Assembly (NCBI GenBank): GCA_964036045.1
Contig: OZ038378.1
Location: 62,000,001-62,064,000, forward strand
DNA length: 64,000 nt
Source of the DNA: Eutreptiella sp. 'Long Island Sound 2002'
Taxonomy: Eukaryota; Protista; Euglenida
Direction of reading: 5' to 3'
Under the pieces are notes generated by a model. That model searched no databases and was not told where the DNA came from. It saw nothing but the letters and a program-made list of their open reading frames with translations. Below are positions 50,095 to 62,444 of this stretch, one piece after another. A program made the translations under genes and the position numbers. Numbering within the stretch: the stretch's first letter is position 1; each line of letters begins with the position of its first letter.

Positions 50095-50260
50095 TATCTC
50101 GGGGGACCACAAGTGGGCAGAAGTGCTACGTAACCCCTGCATTCTCGGGGTCCCCGAACAAAGGGACAAAATCACAAGTGGTTGCCTCACCCGTGCCTTC
50201 TCGGGGGCCCACAAGTGGGCTGAAGTGCTACGTAACCCCTGCATTCTCGGGGGGCAAAAT
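50095..50260 (+). repeat. Fragments of the CCACAAGTGGGC..GCTACRTAACCCCTGC repeat family
   Basis: Two copies, related to 62161-62444 and 62592-62630. Confidence 0.75.
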
Positions 50261-50689
50261 CAAAGGAGGCGTAACTCGCTGACTTTTATTTTTGGCTGTA
50301 GGTCGCGTATCAAAAAAAGCATAGGTCGCGTAACGGAAAGAGCATAGCTCTTTTTTTTAAAGCGTTTATTTTTTTTTGGCAGTGGGTCGTCCGTTCAAAA
50401 TCAGAGGAGGCATATCAAAAAAAGGATAACTCGCTCTTTTTTTCAAAAAAGAAAAAGCATAAGTCACATAGCGCTTTTTTTAGGTGTAGGCTGCGTCAAA
50501 AAAAAGCGTAAGTCGTGTACCATACATTTTCAAGTTTTTTTTTCCACACTCGAGTTCAGCATAAACAAAAAATAAACGACTTCCGCCAAATGAGAAAAAA
50601 AAAGCCACTTACGCTTGACACAAATGGCCCCCTCCAAGGACAAGCTAGACACACAAACGGCTTGAAAAGGGGCATCTTTTGCTTGCTTT

Positions 50690-50930
50690 TGATAGTTTTT
50701 GACAACAAGGTCCGCCACTTGACACCATTTCTGGATCCACCGTTGACTTTCTTGCTACAAATTTGCATGATTGTCCCTCACACCCATAGGTATCATCCAC
50801 CAAAATTTTGGCAAAATCCACAACACCGTGACACAATTGTGATTTTTGCCCATATCGCGCGTGCTTGCTTGTTGCTGCTTGCTACTTGCTGATGCTACTT
50901 GCCAAATCTGGTAGGTCCACCCTGGACACC
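50690..50930 (+). repeat. Diverged solo copy of an internal segment of the 2.27-kb unit
   Basis: TTTCTTGCTACAAATTTG..TGATTGTCCCTC.CACCCATAG.TAT.ATCCACCAAAATTT is shared with 38540-38790. Confidence 0.8.
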
Positions 50931-51930
50931 AAAGAGGGTTATAAAACCAATACTGGTTCCACCAACTCAGTGACCCTAACCCTGCCCTAACCCTGCCCCA
51001 ACCATACCACAATCTGGGCCCTACGCAAGGCTCACTACATAGGCGCACACGTAGACAGAGAATGCGGACCCTAACCGCACCTTGGAGCTAAGACCCAAAG
51101 ACCGCTCTCCACCCCAGAGGTGGTGTTGGTATGTAGGGGAGAGGGATTGTTGGTAAGGGGGGTTACCAGAATGGACCGGACAGTCGGGCGGCCGGACAGC
51201 GGGCAGCCGCTTCGGCTGGCTAGGTCTCTGCTGAGCCGGTTTGTCCGCTGAGCCGGTGTGTCCGCTGAGCCCATGTCTGGTTTGATCCATCCAACCAAGT
51301 TGTAGTGATGATGCTGGTGATTCTGGAAGGTAACAACCATCATCAGTCTGGTGGCCAAGCTAGTCGCCCCTGGCGCTCTGTTCTGCTTATGGAGGCTTTC
51401 ATCTAACTCCTAGTCTTTCAACAGCGGATTACAAACTATGGTGAATCTTTTTTCAACCTATACGGCGGGGACGGGGGGGGATAATCCAACTGAGGAAACG
51501 GTCATTACTGATTTCCTTGGCGGAGGAATTTTGCCAAAAGTTTCAATTACCCCATTTGCAGGCCACTTTGGCCTATGCATTGGTGATAATCCCATTTTAG
51601 TTCCCCAAAATGTGAACGTGAATGCGAAAATTATGGGGCAATTTGTTCAACCCGGAATGGGGTGGCCGACACGGAGGGGGGGGCAGCACACCAATTTTTC
51701 GCCTTGAATGCTTCTGAAATGCGCTGGTGCTCTGCTGCTAAAGGACACCTTTGCGAGTTTTTGGCAGAATTGGAATGATCCATCAGTGTGTTCCACCCAC
51801 AATCCCACACAATTACTTAGGGTGAACGGCTTTTGAACTGCGGGTGGGGCGTCCTAATCCAAAACAACCACCCTGAGCTGCATGGGCAAAGACTATGGAC
51901 GTCAAGCAAAGACAATTATGAAGAAAGCAC

Positions 51931-52215
51931 CTCTTTTCATCTGCATTCTTGCGCTTGTTCCAATGATCCACATCTGGGGTTCGTGAGCGGTATCGGGACC
52001 CAGATCTTGGCCTTGACCAGGACCTTGGATTGGACCGCTTACCTCGACCCCGATCCCTATTCCGATCCCAATCTCGGTCCCGTTCCCGGTCCCGGTCCCA
52101 ATGCCGATCCCTGTTTCGGTCTCGTGACCGTGACCGGGACCCTGACCTTGAGATGGACTTGCGGCGTCGCCGTCTGTCAGGGTAGGGACTGTATGATCGA
52201 GAGCGGGCCCGCTTG
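51931..52215 (-). CDS. Probable internal exon of a host RS/RD-rich (SR-like) protein gene
   Basis: Acceptor CCCTTTGTCACAG|C and donor AAGAG|GTGCTT give a 285-nt exon (phase 1 to 2) with no stop. It reads KRARSRSYSPYPDRRRRRKSISRSGSRSRSRDRNRDRHWDRDRERDRD..RSRTPD. An in-frame stop lies just upstream, inside the intron. Confidence 0.55.
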
Positions 52216-54229
52216 CTGTGACAAAGGGAACAAGGAGGTCATGTAACACAAAAAAAAGTGCACGTTGCATGTTCTTTTTTTTGCTGTAGCTTGCGTGCCA
52301 TAGCATTTTCAAGTCTGTTGGTCCACACATGACTTACACCCTCCCAAAAAAGTGCCCGCAGCCTACACCAAAAAAAAAGGGCGACTGAGGCTGGACACCC
52401 CCACACAGATTGAATAGCAAGGTGCATTTGCCTTGCACATGTGTTTTCATTGTGATTGTTGCCAATTGTTGCCTGCATGTTGTTGGTGTTTCATACAAAA
52501 ATGGCGCTTCTATCAAGTTAACCCTAGCGATGTTGAGCATGGCAACCATTACATACTAGCTGAGGTAGTGGACTACCATGGCTTCCGGCTGTCCCCGAGG
52601 CCCTATGGGGGGGGTGTCCCTTGCAGCAACTTTGGAATAAGTCAAGTAGGAAGCGACTGGTGAGAAGTTGGGAACATTTCTCTTTGCAACGCACAATGCT
52701 TTTACACCTAGCTCCTCATTACCGATACAGCCTAGGAAGGAGGAACACCACTGACTCCAAAAAAAGAGGCCAAAAGTTAAGAAAGCTGCGCAATATGTGT
52801 ACATTAGAACATTGAGAGCTAGCAACATACATGGACCCTTACACTCAATGGCACCAAGGGGATGAAAGCGGTGGTCTAGAGTGTGGGAAACTACAACAAA
52901 TAGCATCGCCGTACAGCATGCTATTGACGGCACGAATGCATTATATAAAATACCCCCCCCAAAAAATGCGCAAAATATACAAAAAACTCATGTGGCTGTT
53001 CGGCCACATGCTAGGCTTGATGAGGGGCACACCCCTCATCAACCAAGCCTAATAAGCCCCCTTTGATGTCTTTAGTAGCATGTAGATGCTGATTTTGTGT
53101 CAATGTATTCATCTTGGTAATTCCCAAATTGGTTAAAAAAGTACCCAAAAAACGCTCCAAAAACCACAAAAATGGCCGTAAGTCCGCAAAATGGCATCAA
53201 ATTCAACAAACAAAGGAATTTTTTGGGGGCTTCATTTGGAGCTGGTCATGTTAAGGCTACAAAATGGGTCAAATGGACACATAGCCACCTGTGTAAAATG
53301 CAACCTCATTTTCAGGGAGACTGGTTGAAAAATTGCTTAAAACCCTGCTATCTCTTCAAAACGGGCATAAGCGGAGCAAACAAAGGTGATTTTCAGAGTT
53401 CTCTCATCCAGCCGGTTCATTTGAGGGGCATATGTGTAGGAGTGATGAAAACCGAAATCTCGATGTCAGGGTGTTCCGTACCATAGGGGGTTGGACGTGG
53501 CCTGCTACTTGTGTGGAGGGGGCCCGTCCCCCTCTCCGCGCGCGTGGCAAGGCTGGCCGGGGGGGGGGGGGATGAATTAAATCTTGATGGTTTGTCAACA
53601 AAGCAAACACTCTCTCGTCCAGTCGGATCTATTGGCGTGTCTGGAAAGCAAGAGACCAAGCAGGGCATTTTCCATATCAATAACCTGAGCCTTGGAAGGC
53701 AGGATAGAACGGATCTGTCGCCAATTCCGTTGTTCCGAGAACTTAATGAACGGCAGATAAGCCCTACAATTAAGCCCAAGACAATACTTGTGATTGTGCC
53801 GGATTCCGTGTATCAAGGGAAACCCCAAGAGTATGTACCTACCTTTCGCTCATGGATATCTGGATTGGTGAAGTAAGTTTGCACTTGCACTCAAGGCGAA
53901 GTGATGGGTTGTGGTGTCTTTGTGCATGTTCTTTGTCCAGTTTGCATGCTAGACAATGATGCTTTAGTGTACAAAGGAGGTTGACACTCAAACTTGGACA
54001 CGATGGTAACATTGGGGTACTTTTTCCGATAAAGCGAAGTTGTCAATTCACCTTCCCTTCACCTCCACATCACCTTCACTTCACCTTCCCCTCACTAATG
54101 GTCGCTGAACGCTCACTACAAGGTTATTCAAAACTCATTGAAAGTGCATTACACACATAATCCGCAGGTTTCCACCTCTTTGCCTCTCCCAACCTCTCCT
54201 TCGCTCACACATTCACCAGCCAATCCCAC

Positions 54230-56150
54230 ATTCGCATGCCCTTCTCATTATTAGCCCCTTTTTGCACATCATGTTGCCCGCCGGTGTGGTTGACCCCAAT
54301 GTTTCTAAGGCGTTCGAGGCCTTCCTGGAGCGACCCCTTGCCCCTTGGATTTCATCGTACCTCAGCCCTTGGAAGCATTGGGCACGAGATTTGTCAACCC
54401 CCCCCCCCCCCCCGCCCCGACGTTATCCACATTCTGGTCTCGGACAAGTCCATGATGGGGAAAACTAGATGGGACAAGCCAACCAAGTGTTGACGTGGCC
54501 AACCGCAACCACCGGGCAGTCCGGTTCCCCTTTCCGGAAGAGGTCGCAGACGACTTGCTTGAGCAAGCCCCCGTAAAGCTGGTTGTAGTGCCTTGGGGCC
54601 TTGCGGTAGACCTCATCGGCACCAGTAATGTGGAGTACGGGTATATGGCCGATCTTGGGGTCAATGAGGTGAAACCGCAAAAAGGGACGTGCTTAAACCG
54701 CTGCCATATATAGCCAGCATTCTTGATGGGGACTGTTGGGAGGCATTGGAAACATGAAACATTGCACCTGAGTGGCGTTTGCACATTCCTAACTCCATCT
54801 ATCTAGCCCTTCTCACCTCATGTGAGAAGCATTTTCTGCGGGGATGCGGCATCCCCGCGCGTTACATTTCCGTGTGGCCTCCAGTTCACTCACACAGGGT
54901 AGATCCCGGGTTACTGCGGTGTTGGGGAACCCATCCAAGCACGTTAGCCGCGGTGTTGGAGCGCGAGACGTGCAAGCGGACCGCTGAGCTCTCGTCAATT
55001 CTTTGGCCCACGATGCACAACTTGCACGGCACCTCATGGTCATCAATTTTGCAGTCGAGGAGGGGGGGTGGAGGGCAATGAAGCCGGAAAGCCAACTTGG
55101 CATTCTGACGTTGATCGCTTGCCAAAGTACACTTCCGCGCCGGGGTGAATTACCGCCGCAACTCAGCATCATGCTCCTCCTTTGGGATAAGTAGCATGTT
55201 GAGGTGCATGTGAGTAGTCACGGTGGGGAGCACGCTAGTGTGGTTCGCCAGACCATTACGTGTGAGCGTGGAGACATGTTGTTGGTTGCTTCCACGATGA
55301 GGCACCGACGTTTGGCTACCCTTCCGGGGGTCGGGGCACATACTGCACTTGTGCTTCCTAATCCCCGACGAAAGCCACCGCTAGGTGGATGTGGGGAGGT
55401 TCATCCTTGATCCTTTGCCAAGGACCACGGGTGAACTTGCTCATCGTCCCTTTGCCAACAGCGACCGACTGCCGCCGACCTGCGCAATCCCACAATGGGG
55501 TGACATGGCGGCCTTGGGTGAGTAATGGTAGGGTTGTGTGGGCCTGGCGCGTGAAGATCAACTGCATACGTAGTAGGTAATAGTTGATGCTGATGGGGCA
55601 CAATGCCCAAAACATCCTCTCTTTTTAAGTTGAAACCCCCGCCGATGTCCGCGATCCAATGGCCACCATGGCTGTGGAGTCCAAGAACATCCTTTGGCTT
55701 TGTGGGCCTTCCGACCTTGATTTAGACAATCGCTTTGCGAGGCAGGCCCACCTTTTGCAGCAACATTGGGAGCCGCAATACGGCCCCCTTTTAGCTCCAC
55801 AAGCGAATGAGTTCGTGTTCTAGTGGCATGTCACGTCCAAGAAGCAGCGCACTGAAGCGCGCGGCAAGCTGAAGCCACTGCCAATGAAATGCCGCTACGA
55901 CGGCAAAGTATGCACTTGGGGTGCGCAAGGGGGCAGCCGCGTGTGTGGGGTGAGGGTTGCACTCGTAAGGTGGGTGGTAGCTCTTGGGGGGGAGGGCATG
56001 ACAACTCTTTGGCCTTTGTTGGTTGAGAGGGGCAGCACATGGTGTACATTGTGTGGTGGTGGGGGGGGGAAGGGGACAATATGATTACTTGTTTGTTGCG
56101 GGGGTAGCGGGCCTTTGTTGGGTTCATAAGGCCACATTTGCTAGACATTT
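54230..56150 (-). mobile_element. Highly degenerate non-LTR retrotransposon ORF2-like remnant (APE/RT N-terminus)
   Basis: Fragments in the expected order: PKCILCRRSG (knuckle-like), KPKDVLGLHS (APE DxxxLQE-like), AVAFVGD (GDFN-like), ITGADEVYRKAP (pre-RT-like). Many breaks. Confidence 0.3.
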
Positions 56151-56193
56151 GGGGGGGGGGAGACTATGCATTAGCGGCTGAGGGGGGTGACTG

Positions 56194-59100
56194 TGTGCAA
56201 GAGGGTGCCCTCTGTTGATGCTAAGGTGACTAGGAACTTCACCACAAGCTCACTGCCAGTTCACTACAAGCTCGCGGAAGGCTTTGCCGCCTTTGGTGTG
56301 CCTTTATGCATCATTCACTAAACGCTCACCGAACGCTTAGTGATGGCGCAAGAGCTTGGAGTGAGCTGCCCTGACAGTTGGATAGCCAGGCACCGAAACT
56401 GTTTTCGCGGTGCTCTAGACGTTACCCTTTGCGCATTCAAGACGGGAGAATGTACCCTTAGGCGATTCGCTGTATACCAGTCTGGCTCAGGATTCCTTCG
56501 TCCAGTGATTGGGGTCCAGGATTAATGACTGTTGCTCAGACATCCATCGCAGGACACAGACACCTTCTCGTCATATCATCAGTCAACTTACAGATCACGT
56601 TGCCTGCAGGGACGAAGGCAGGGTCTTATGTCTCAGGGTTTTGCAGCTGTCTTGGCATCCCGCGTTGTGTTTTGTACAATGATGTCGCCAAGTAAAAGTA
56701 CAGAGCGTGCTTGTCAGTGACGCAGGGTTATTTCCCCCCAGCAGCAGCAACACAGCCCCCCCCCCCCCCACCCACCCGCCACCACCAGACAAATAAACTT
56801 CTGACAGCCCACCGTGACGCAGGGTTATTTCCCCCCACCAGTGCCCACACGGCCCCCCATCCCAGACAAATAAACTGCCCCGCCCCGCCCGGAAAATGAA
56901 TGCATACTTGACAGCCCCTGACAAAAGGACAGGAAAAAAATTGTTGTGCGGCCCCCCAGCATACCTTTGCGACTACCGACCACTATCACGTCAGGGCAGG
57001 TTACAGCTCCCCCCCCCGGCCTGAAACCATGCACGTACATCCCATCCCCCCCCCCCTTTTTTTTTCCTTATTCTTGTCCTCTCCGCCCCGTCCAAGGGTA
57101 CATGGATTAGCGAGTGGATTGGGCCAGATACCGTCCCGCCACGGTAGGCTACGAGGCCCGGTGGACGCTAGATGGTATCCCCAACCACGCTGATCCTTGC
57201 ACGTCACCCTGAGGCTAAGCATGGCATGTGCAAAAGGGTGCCCTCTGTTGATGCTAAGGTGACTAGGAACTTCACCACAAGCTCACTGCCAGTTCACTAC
57301 AAGCTCACGGAAGGCTTTGCCGCCTTTGGTGTGCGTTTATGCATCATTCACTAAACGCTCACCGAACGCTTAGTGATGGCGCAAGAGCTTGGAGTGAGCT
57401 GGCCTGACAGTTGGATAGCCAGACACCGAAATTGTTTTCGCGGTGCTCTAGACGTTACCCTTTGCGCATTCAAGACGGGAGAATGTACCCTTAGGCGATT
57501 CGCTGTGTACCAGTCTGGCTCAGGATTCCTTCGTCCAGTGATTGCGGTCCAGGATTAATGACTGTTGCTCAGACATCCCTCGCAGGACACAGACACCTTC
57601 TCGTCATATCATCAGTCAACTTACAAATCACGTTGCCTGCAGGGACGAAGGCAGGGTCTTATGTCTAAGGGTTTTGCAGTTGTCTTGGCATCCCGCGTTG
57701 TGTTTTGTACAATGATGTCGCCAAGTAAAAGTACAGAGCGTGCTTGTCAGTGACGCAGGGTTATTTCCCCCAGCAGTGGCAACACAGCCCCCCCCCCCCA
57801 CCCACCACCACCAGACAAATAAACTTCTGGCAGCCCACCGTGATGCACGGTTATTTCCCTCCACCAGTGCCCACACGGCCCCCCATCCCAGACAAATAAA
57901 CTGCCCCGCCCCGCCCGGAAAATGAATGCATACTTGACAGCCCCTAACAAACAGACAAGAAAAAAAATTGTTGTGCGGCCCCCCAGCATACCTTTGCGAC
58001 TACCGACCACTATCACGTCAGGGCAGGTTACAGACCCCCCCCCCAGCCTGAAACCATGCACGTACATCCCATCCCCCCCCCCTTTTTTTTTCCTTATTCT
58101 TGTCCTCTCCGCCCCGTCCAAGGGTACATGGATTAGCGAGCGGATTGGGCCAGATACCGTCCCGCCACGGTAGGCTACGAGGCCCGGTGGACGCTAGATG
58201 GTATCCCCAACCACGCTGATCCTTGCACGTCACCCTGAGGCTAAGCATGGCATGTGCAAATGGTTGCCCTCTGTTGATGCTAAGGTGACTAGGAACTTCA
58301 CCACAAGCTCACTGCCAGTTCACTACAAGCTGACGGAAGGCTTTGCCGCCTTCGGTGTGCGTTTATGCATCATTCACTAAACGCTCACCGAACGCTTAGT
58401 GATGGCGCAAGAGCTTGGAGTGAGCTGGCCTGACAGTTGGATAGCCAGGCACCGAAACTGTTTTCGCGGTGCTCTAGATGTTACCCTTTGCGCATTCAAG
58501 ACGGGAGAATGTACCCTTAGGCGATTCGTTGTATACCAGTCTGGCTCAGGATTCCTTCGTCCAGTGATTGCGGTCCAGGATTATTGGCTGTTGCTCAGAC
58601 ATCCCTCGCAGGACACAGACACCTTCTCGTCATATCATCAGTCAACTTACAGATCACGTTGCCTGCAGGGACGAAGGCAGGGTCTTATGTCTCAGGGTTT
58701 TGCAGCTGTCTTAGCATCCCGCGTTGTGTTTTGTACAATGATGTCGCCAAGTAAAAGTACAGAGCGTGCTTGTCAGTGACGCAAGGTTATTTCCCCCAGC
58801 AGCAGCAACACAGCCCCCCCCCCCCCCCACCCACCCACCACCACCAGACAAATAAACTTCTGACAGCCCACCGTGACGCAGGGTTATTTCCCCCCACCAG
58901 TGCCCACACGGCCCCCCATCCCAGACAAATAAACAGCCCCCGCCCCGCCCGGAAAATGAATGCATACTTGACAGCCCCTGACAAAGAGACAGGAAAAAAA
59001 AATTGTTGTGCGGCCCCCCAGCATACCTTTGCGACTACAGACCACTATCACGTCAGGGCAGGTTACCCCCCCCCCCCAGCCTGAAACCATGCACGTACAT

Positions 59101-59284
59101 CCCACCCCCCCCCCCTTTTTTTTCCTTATTCTTGTCCTCTCCGCCCCGTCCAAGGGTACATGGATTAGCGAGCGGATTGGGCCAGATACCGTCCCGCCAA
59201 GGTAGGCTACGAGGCCCTGTGGACGGTAGATGGTATCCCCAACCACGCTGATCCTTGCACGTCACCCTGAGGCTAAGCATGGCA
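56194..59284 (+). repeat. Tandem triplication of a ~1.03-kb unit
   Basis: Units are 56194-57226, 57227-58252 and 58253-59284. Junction GGCA|TGTGCAA. Each unit has an internal duplicated GACGCAGGGTTATTTCCCC..CCAGACAAATAAAC module. Confidence 0.97.
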
Positions 59285-59299
59285 GACACGGTCCCACCT

Positions 59300-61000
59300 A
59301 GGAAGGCTTATGGCCCTAAGGATGGCAGACCGCGTCCGTGTCGCACCTCACGGCTAGCCGTGTATTCTTGGCTTCCAAAACTAATCATCCTTACCCATAG
59401 GGAGAGGTCGGCTCATTGCTTCTGCACCCAAGGGTACCTGTATGATAATCGGTCCTGCAGCTGGCTGGTAGTCAGTTTGATGAAGTGCGAGGCTAGGTGG
59501 GTAAAACTCCAAGTGGCGAACGGGAACCGTCGGGGTGCATGACCTCCTATGTACATAGAGCGGCCGTCCTTCGATGAACTTCGGCTCGTCACAAACACTA
59601 TGCCCGTGATCAGGCCGCTCACTTTGTTGAATTTGCTGTGTTTCGGGAAAAAAAAAGAGCTTGGAGTGAGCTTGCAGCCCGTGTCTAGTGAGCTTGCACT
59701 GAAGGCTCAATGGCATATGATCTCTTCCCCCATCTTCCCACAAGCCCTGTTCCCGTTGCATGACCCCATGGTTGAGGAAGTGGGGAAGAGATCATCGTAG
59801 CACACCCGGCGAGACAGACAATTATCCAGTCGACGCCAAGCACTGCCACCACCAGCCCAACACCACGCACCTCGACCTCCCCGCCTCGAGGCCCTGGCCG
59901 TTGCTGGGGATTTGTCCAGCTGGGACTGCCCCAGCGTGGACCAGATGTTGTGGGTGGGGAAGGGGGTGGTTGGGAGGGTGGGGTTGTGGGAGGGGGATGC
60001 TGCCCGGGCCTTCTTCGCCGACGCCCTCGAGTGATACAGTGCAACCCCAGCTCGGCACTCAACGGCAGATCTCCTGCTTCATGCATCACCGTGGAGAAGA
60101 TGACCCAAACAGAACCCCTCTTCATTGGCATGCAACGCACAACCCAAGGCCGAGGGAGGGCGCATGCGAACATGGCAACGAACTGGGCACAGGTGTCATC
60201 ATCCTCGAAGTCCATCGAGACGGCCCAAAAGACGGAGAGGGCGAGACCATCAGCTGGGAGTGAGGCTACAGGAAAGTCACGATGAGGAAGCTCACGTACC
60301 GGACTGATGCTCTCGATGTACCCTTGTGTCATCACGCACAGGCTCTTCCCGAAGATTCCTTCAAGCGTCGCCTTCACGCGGTTCACCATGAGGGTCAAGC
60401 ACGGCAAAATCCGCAGGCAGATGTGACCCGCCCCCTCCGAATGTCGCGACACGTCATGCGGCTTTCCCCAAACCATTTGGCTGTCCGATAGATCATTGGT
60501 TCGGCAAGTAGCAGGGCCTTTGTGGATGAAGATGCGGGCCTAACGATCATCTACAATACCCAAAGCCTCTTTGTGGGCGTCGTCCACTTCTTGCGATGTC
60601 CAAGAGATGCGCTACAAGCGGTGTTGTGCCGTAGGGAGCTCGGTACAATGGTTGTCAGCAGGGGATTCTGCTGCAACCTCCAGGACGAGATAATCGTGGG
60701 TGACGAACGGAGGTGTCAAGGTCACTCGCACGGCAAGCCCGGGGCGGCGTACGCGCTAGGGACCGGCCCGTGCCCATCGCAATCCCACTGGGAACGGGAG
60801 GGGAGAGAGTTCATGGGGAAGGTCTCCCCCCCGCATTGGCAGGGTTTGCCGAGGAAGAACTTCGTGTTGGCCGCGTCCAAGGGGGGGGGGGCTTCTGCGA
60901 AGTGTGAAGTCATGGGGTCTAGCCTAAAATTGGCCACTTCGAAAAAAGGGGGCCGCGGGGGGGTACCTCGGATGTGCACAAGTGTGTATTTGTCCATTTT
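59300..61000 (-). pseudogene. Degenerate ORF1-like frame, possibly of a non-LTR element
   Basis: A 263-codon open frame (60476-59685) with SVFWAVSMDFEDDDTCAQFV and a Pro-rich tail. It lies upstream of the ORF2-like remnants on the same strand. Confidence 0.3.
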
Positions 61001-61259
61001 TTGGGCATGCAGAAGGAAATTCGGGGGTGTCTTGCTTCAAAAGTGACGGATCTTTGCATGCTTACTTGATGCTGCTGTTTCACATATCACGTGTGGCAGG
61101 GACGTGCTTGCCTAAGGGGTTAGCATACAGCAACGGAGGGCTCCACTGTACCTCCTCACCAATGCAATGGTGGTTGTAGCCGCCCACACCCCCTGCCCAG
61201 GGTGGGCCATGGACAATTTCTCTTCGGCGTGGCCCAACACCAAAGAGGTGTGCCTCACA

Positions 61260-61450
61260 GGGTGCCCAATCCTGCAAGACGTATGTTTCATCACGTTTTG
61301 CGTTTCGCGTCACCACTTCATGGAGTGCCTAGTCCCACAATACGGTCGTTTCGAATTGTTTCGCGTTTCGGATCACCGCTTCATGGGGTGCCCAATCCCA
61401 CAATGCGGTCGTTTCGAGTCGTTTCGTGTTTCACGCGGTGCCCAATCCCG
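61260..61450 (+). repeat. ~63-bp degenerate tandem repeat x3
   Basis: GTGCCCAATCC recurs at 61262, 61325, 61388 and 61438. Confidence 0.8.
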
Positions 61451-62160
61451 GAACTTGGGTTGTGCCAAGAACAAGTACATCATTTGTCACACTGGGTTGT
61501 GTGTTGTTGTGTGTCTGGCGGCAATGCGCAAAACCGCATGCACTTTGCACCCCCCCAAAAAAACTCCGTAGCGGTAAGACCCATCTACCACTTTCATTTC
61601 AATCTCCATTTCCTCAAGGCACCGCTTGCACTGCGTTGGTCCCCAGCCTCCCGCCATAGCGTAACGTCTTATGCACCTGCTTGTGCACCTGACCTAATCT
61701 TCTACTTCCGCTGCCTTTTGGAGTCACTACTCGACTTCCGTTCTGGTGCTTGTCACTTCGGTACGATTGAAGCTGCCACAGGTGCCTTCGCACTTTTCGC
61801 TTGCTTGCCTTGTCCGCGGGGTTGCTTGGCGGTATTCTTGTACACTTTGTTGTGTCCTATCGCGACGATCACTTTGGCGATGCTGTCCGAGCTGCTGCCT
61901 ACGGAACTAGACTCTGATGATGTAGAGGACGCCCCACCACTACTAGAATTGGTTGTTGACGAACTATCCGTGTCAGACTTGTCTAGCTCATCGGACGTGC
62001 GACGCTCTGGGCACCAATCTTCATCGGCCTCACTTGCAGGTCGTTGTGTGCCATATTTGTCCCCTCCTTCATCACCCGTGGTTGTGGCTCGTGCCATGCC
62101 TTCCTCCACTTCCTTGTCCACATGAATGGTAATGCGCCGCACCTTTTCTCCTTTCTCAAA

Positions 62161-62444
62161 AGTGGCCCACTTGTGGGAAAGGTGGCTACATAACCCCTGC
62201 CGACTGGAGGGTCCCCACCGCTTCAGAGCGGGGGACAAAATAAGAAGTGGCCCACTTGTGGGCAAGGTGGCTACATAACCCCTGCCGCCCGGGGGGGCCC
62301 ACCGCTTCAGAGCGGGGGGCATAATCGGAAGTGGCCCATTTGTGGGCAACGTGGCTACATAACCCATGCCGCCTTGGGGGTCCCCACCGCTTCAGAGCGG
62401 GGGACAGAATCAAAGGTGGCCCACAAGTGGGCAAGGTGGCTACC
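62161..62444 (+). repeat. ~85-bp minisatellite x3.3
   Basis: GTGGCCCACTTGTGGGCAAGGTGGCTACATAACCCCTGCCG..CCCACCGCTTCAGAGCGGGG units start at ~62161, 62246, 62330 and 62416. Confidence 0.95.

Noticed and set aside
50970-51005. Telomere-like CCCTAA repeats
   Set aside because: Only two exact hexamers mixed with CCCTGC. Too short to call an interstitial telomere.
51833-52330. ORF-track proteins rich in GIGIG or DPDP
   Set aside because: They are alternative frames of the same hexamer-periodic DNA. The RS frame, bounded by splice sites, is the more plausible reading.
38215-59284. CRISPR-like or gene-cassette interpretation of the tandem arrays
   Set aside because: The units are near-identical over their whole length, with no repeat-spacer alternation and no cas-like genes.
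61202-62125. 307-codon plus-strand ORF, and similar hydrophobic ORFs at 20350-20826 and 12620-13045
   Set aside because: These are antisense shadows of low-complexity Ser/Lys/Glu-rich frames, partly overlapping tandem repeats.
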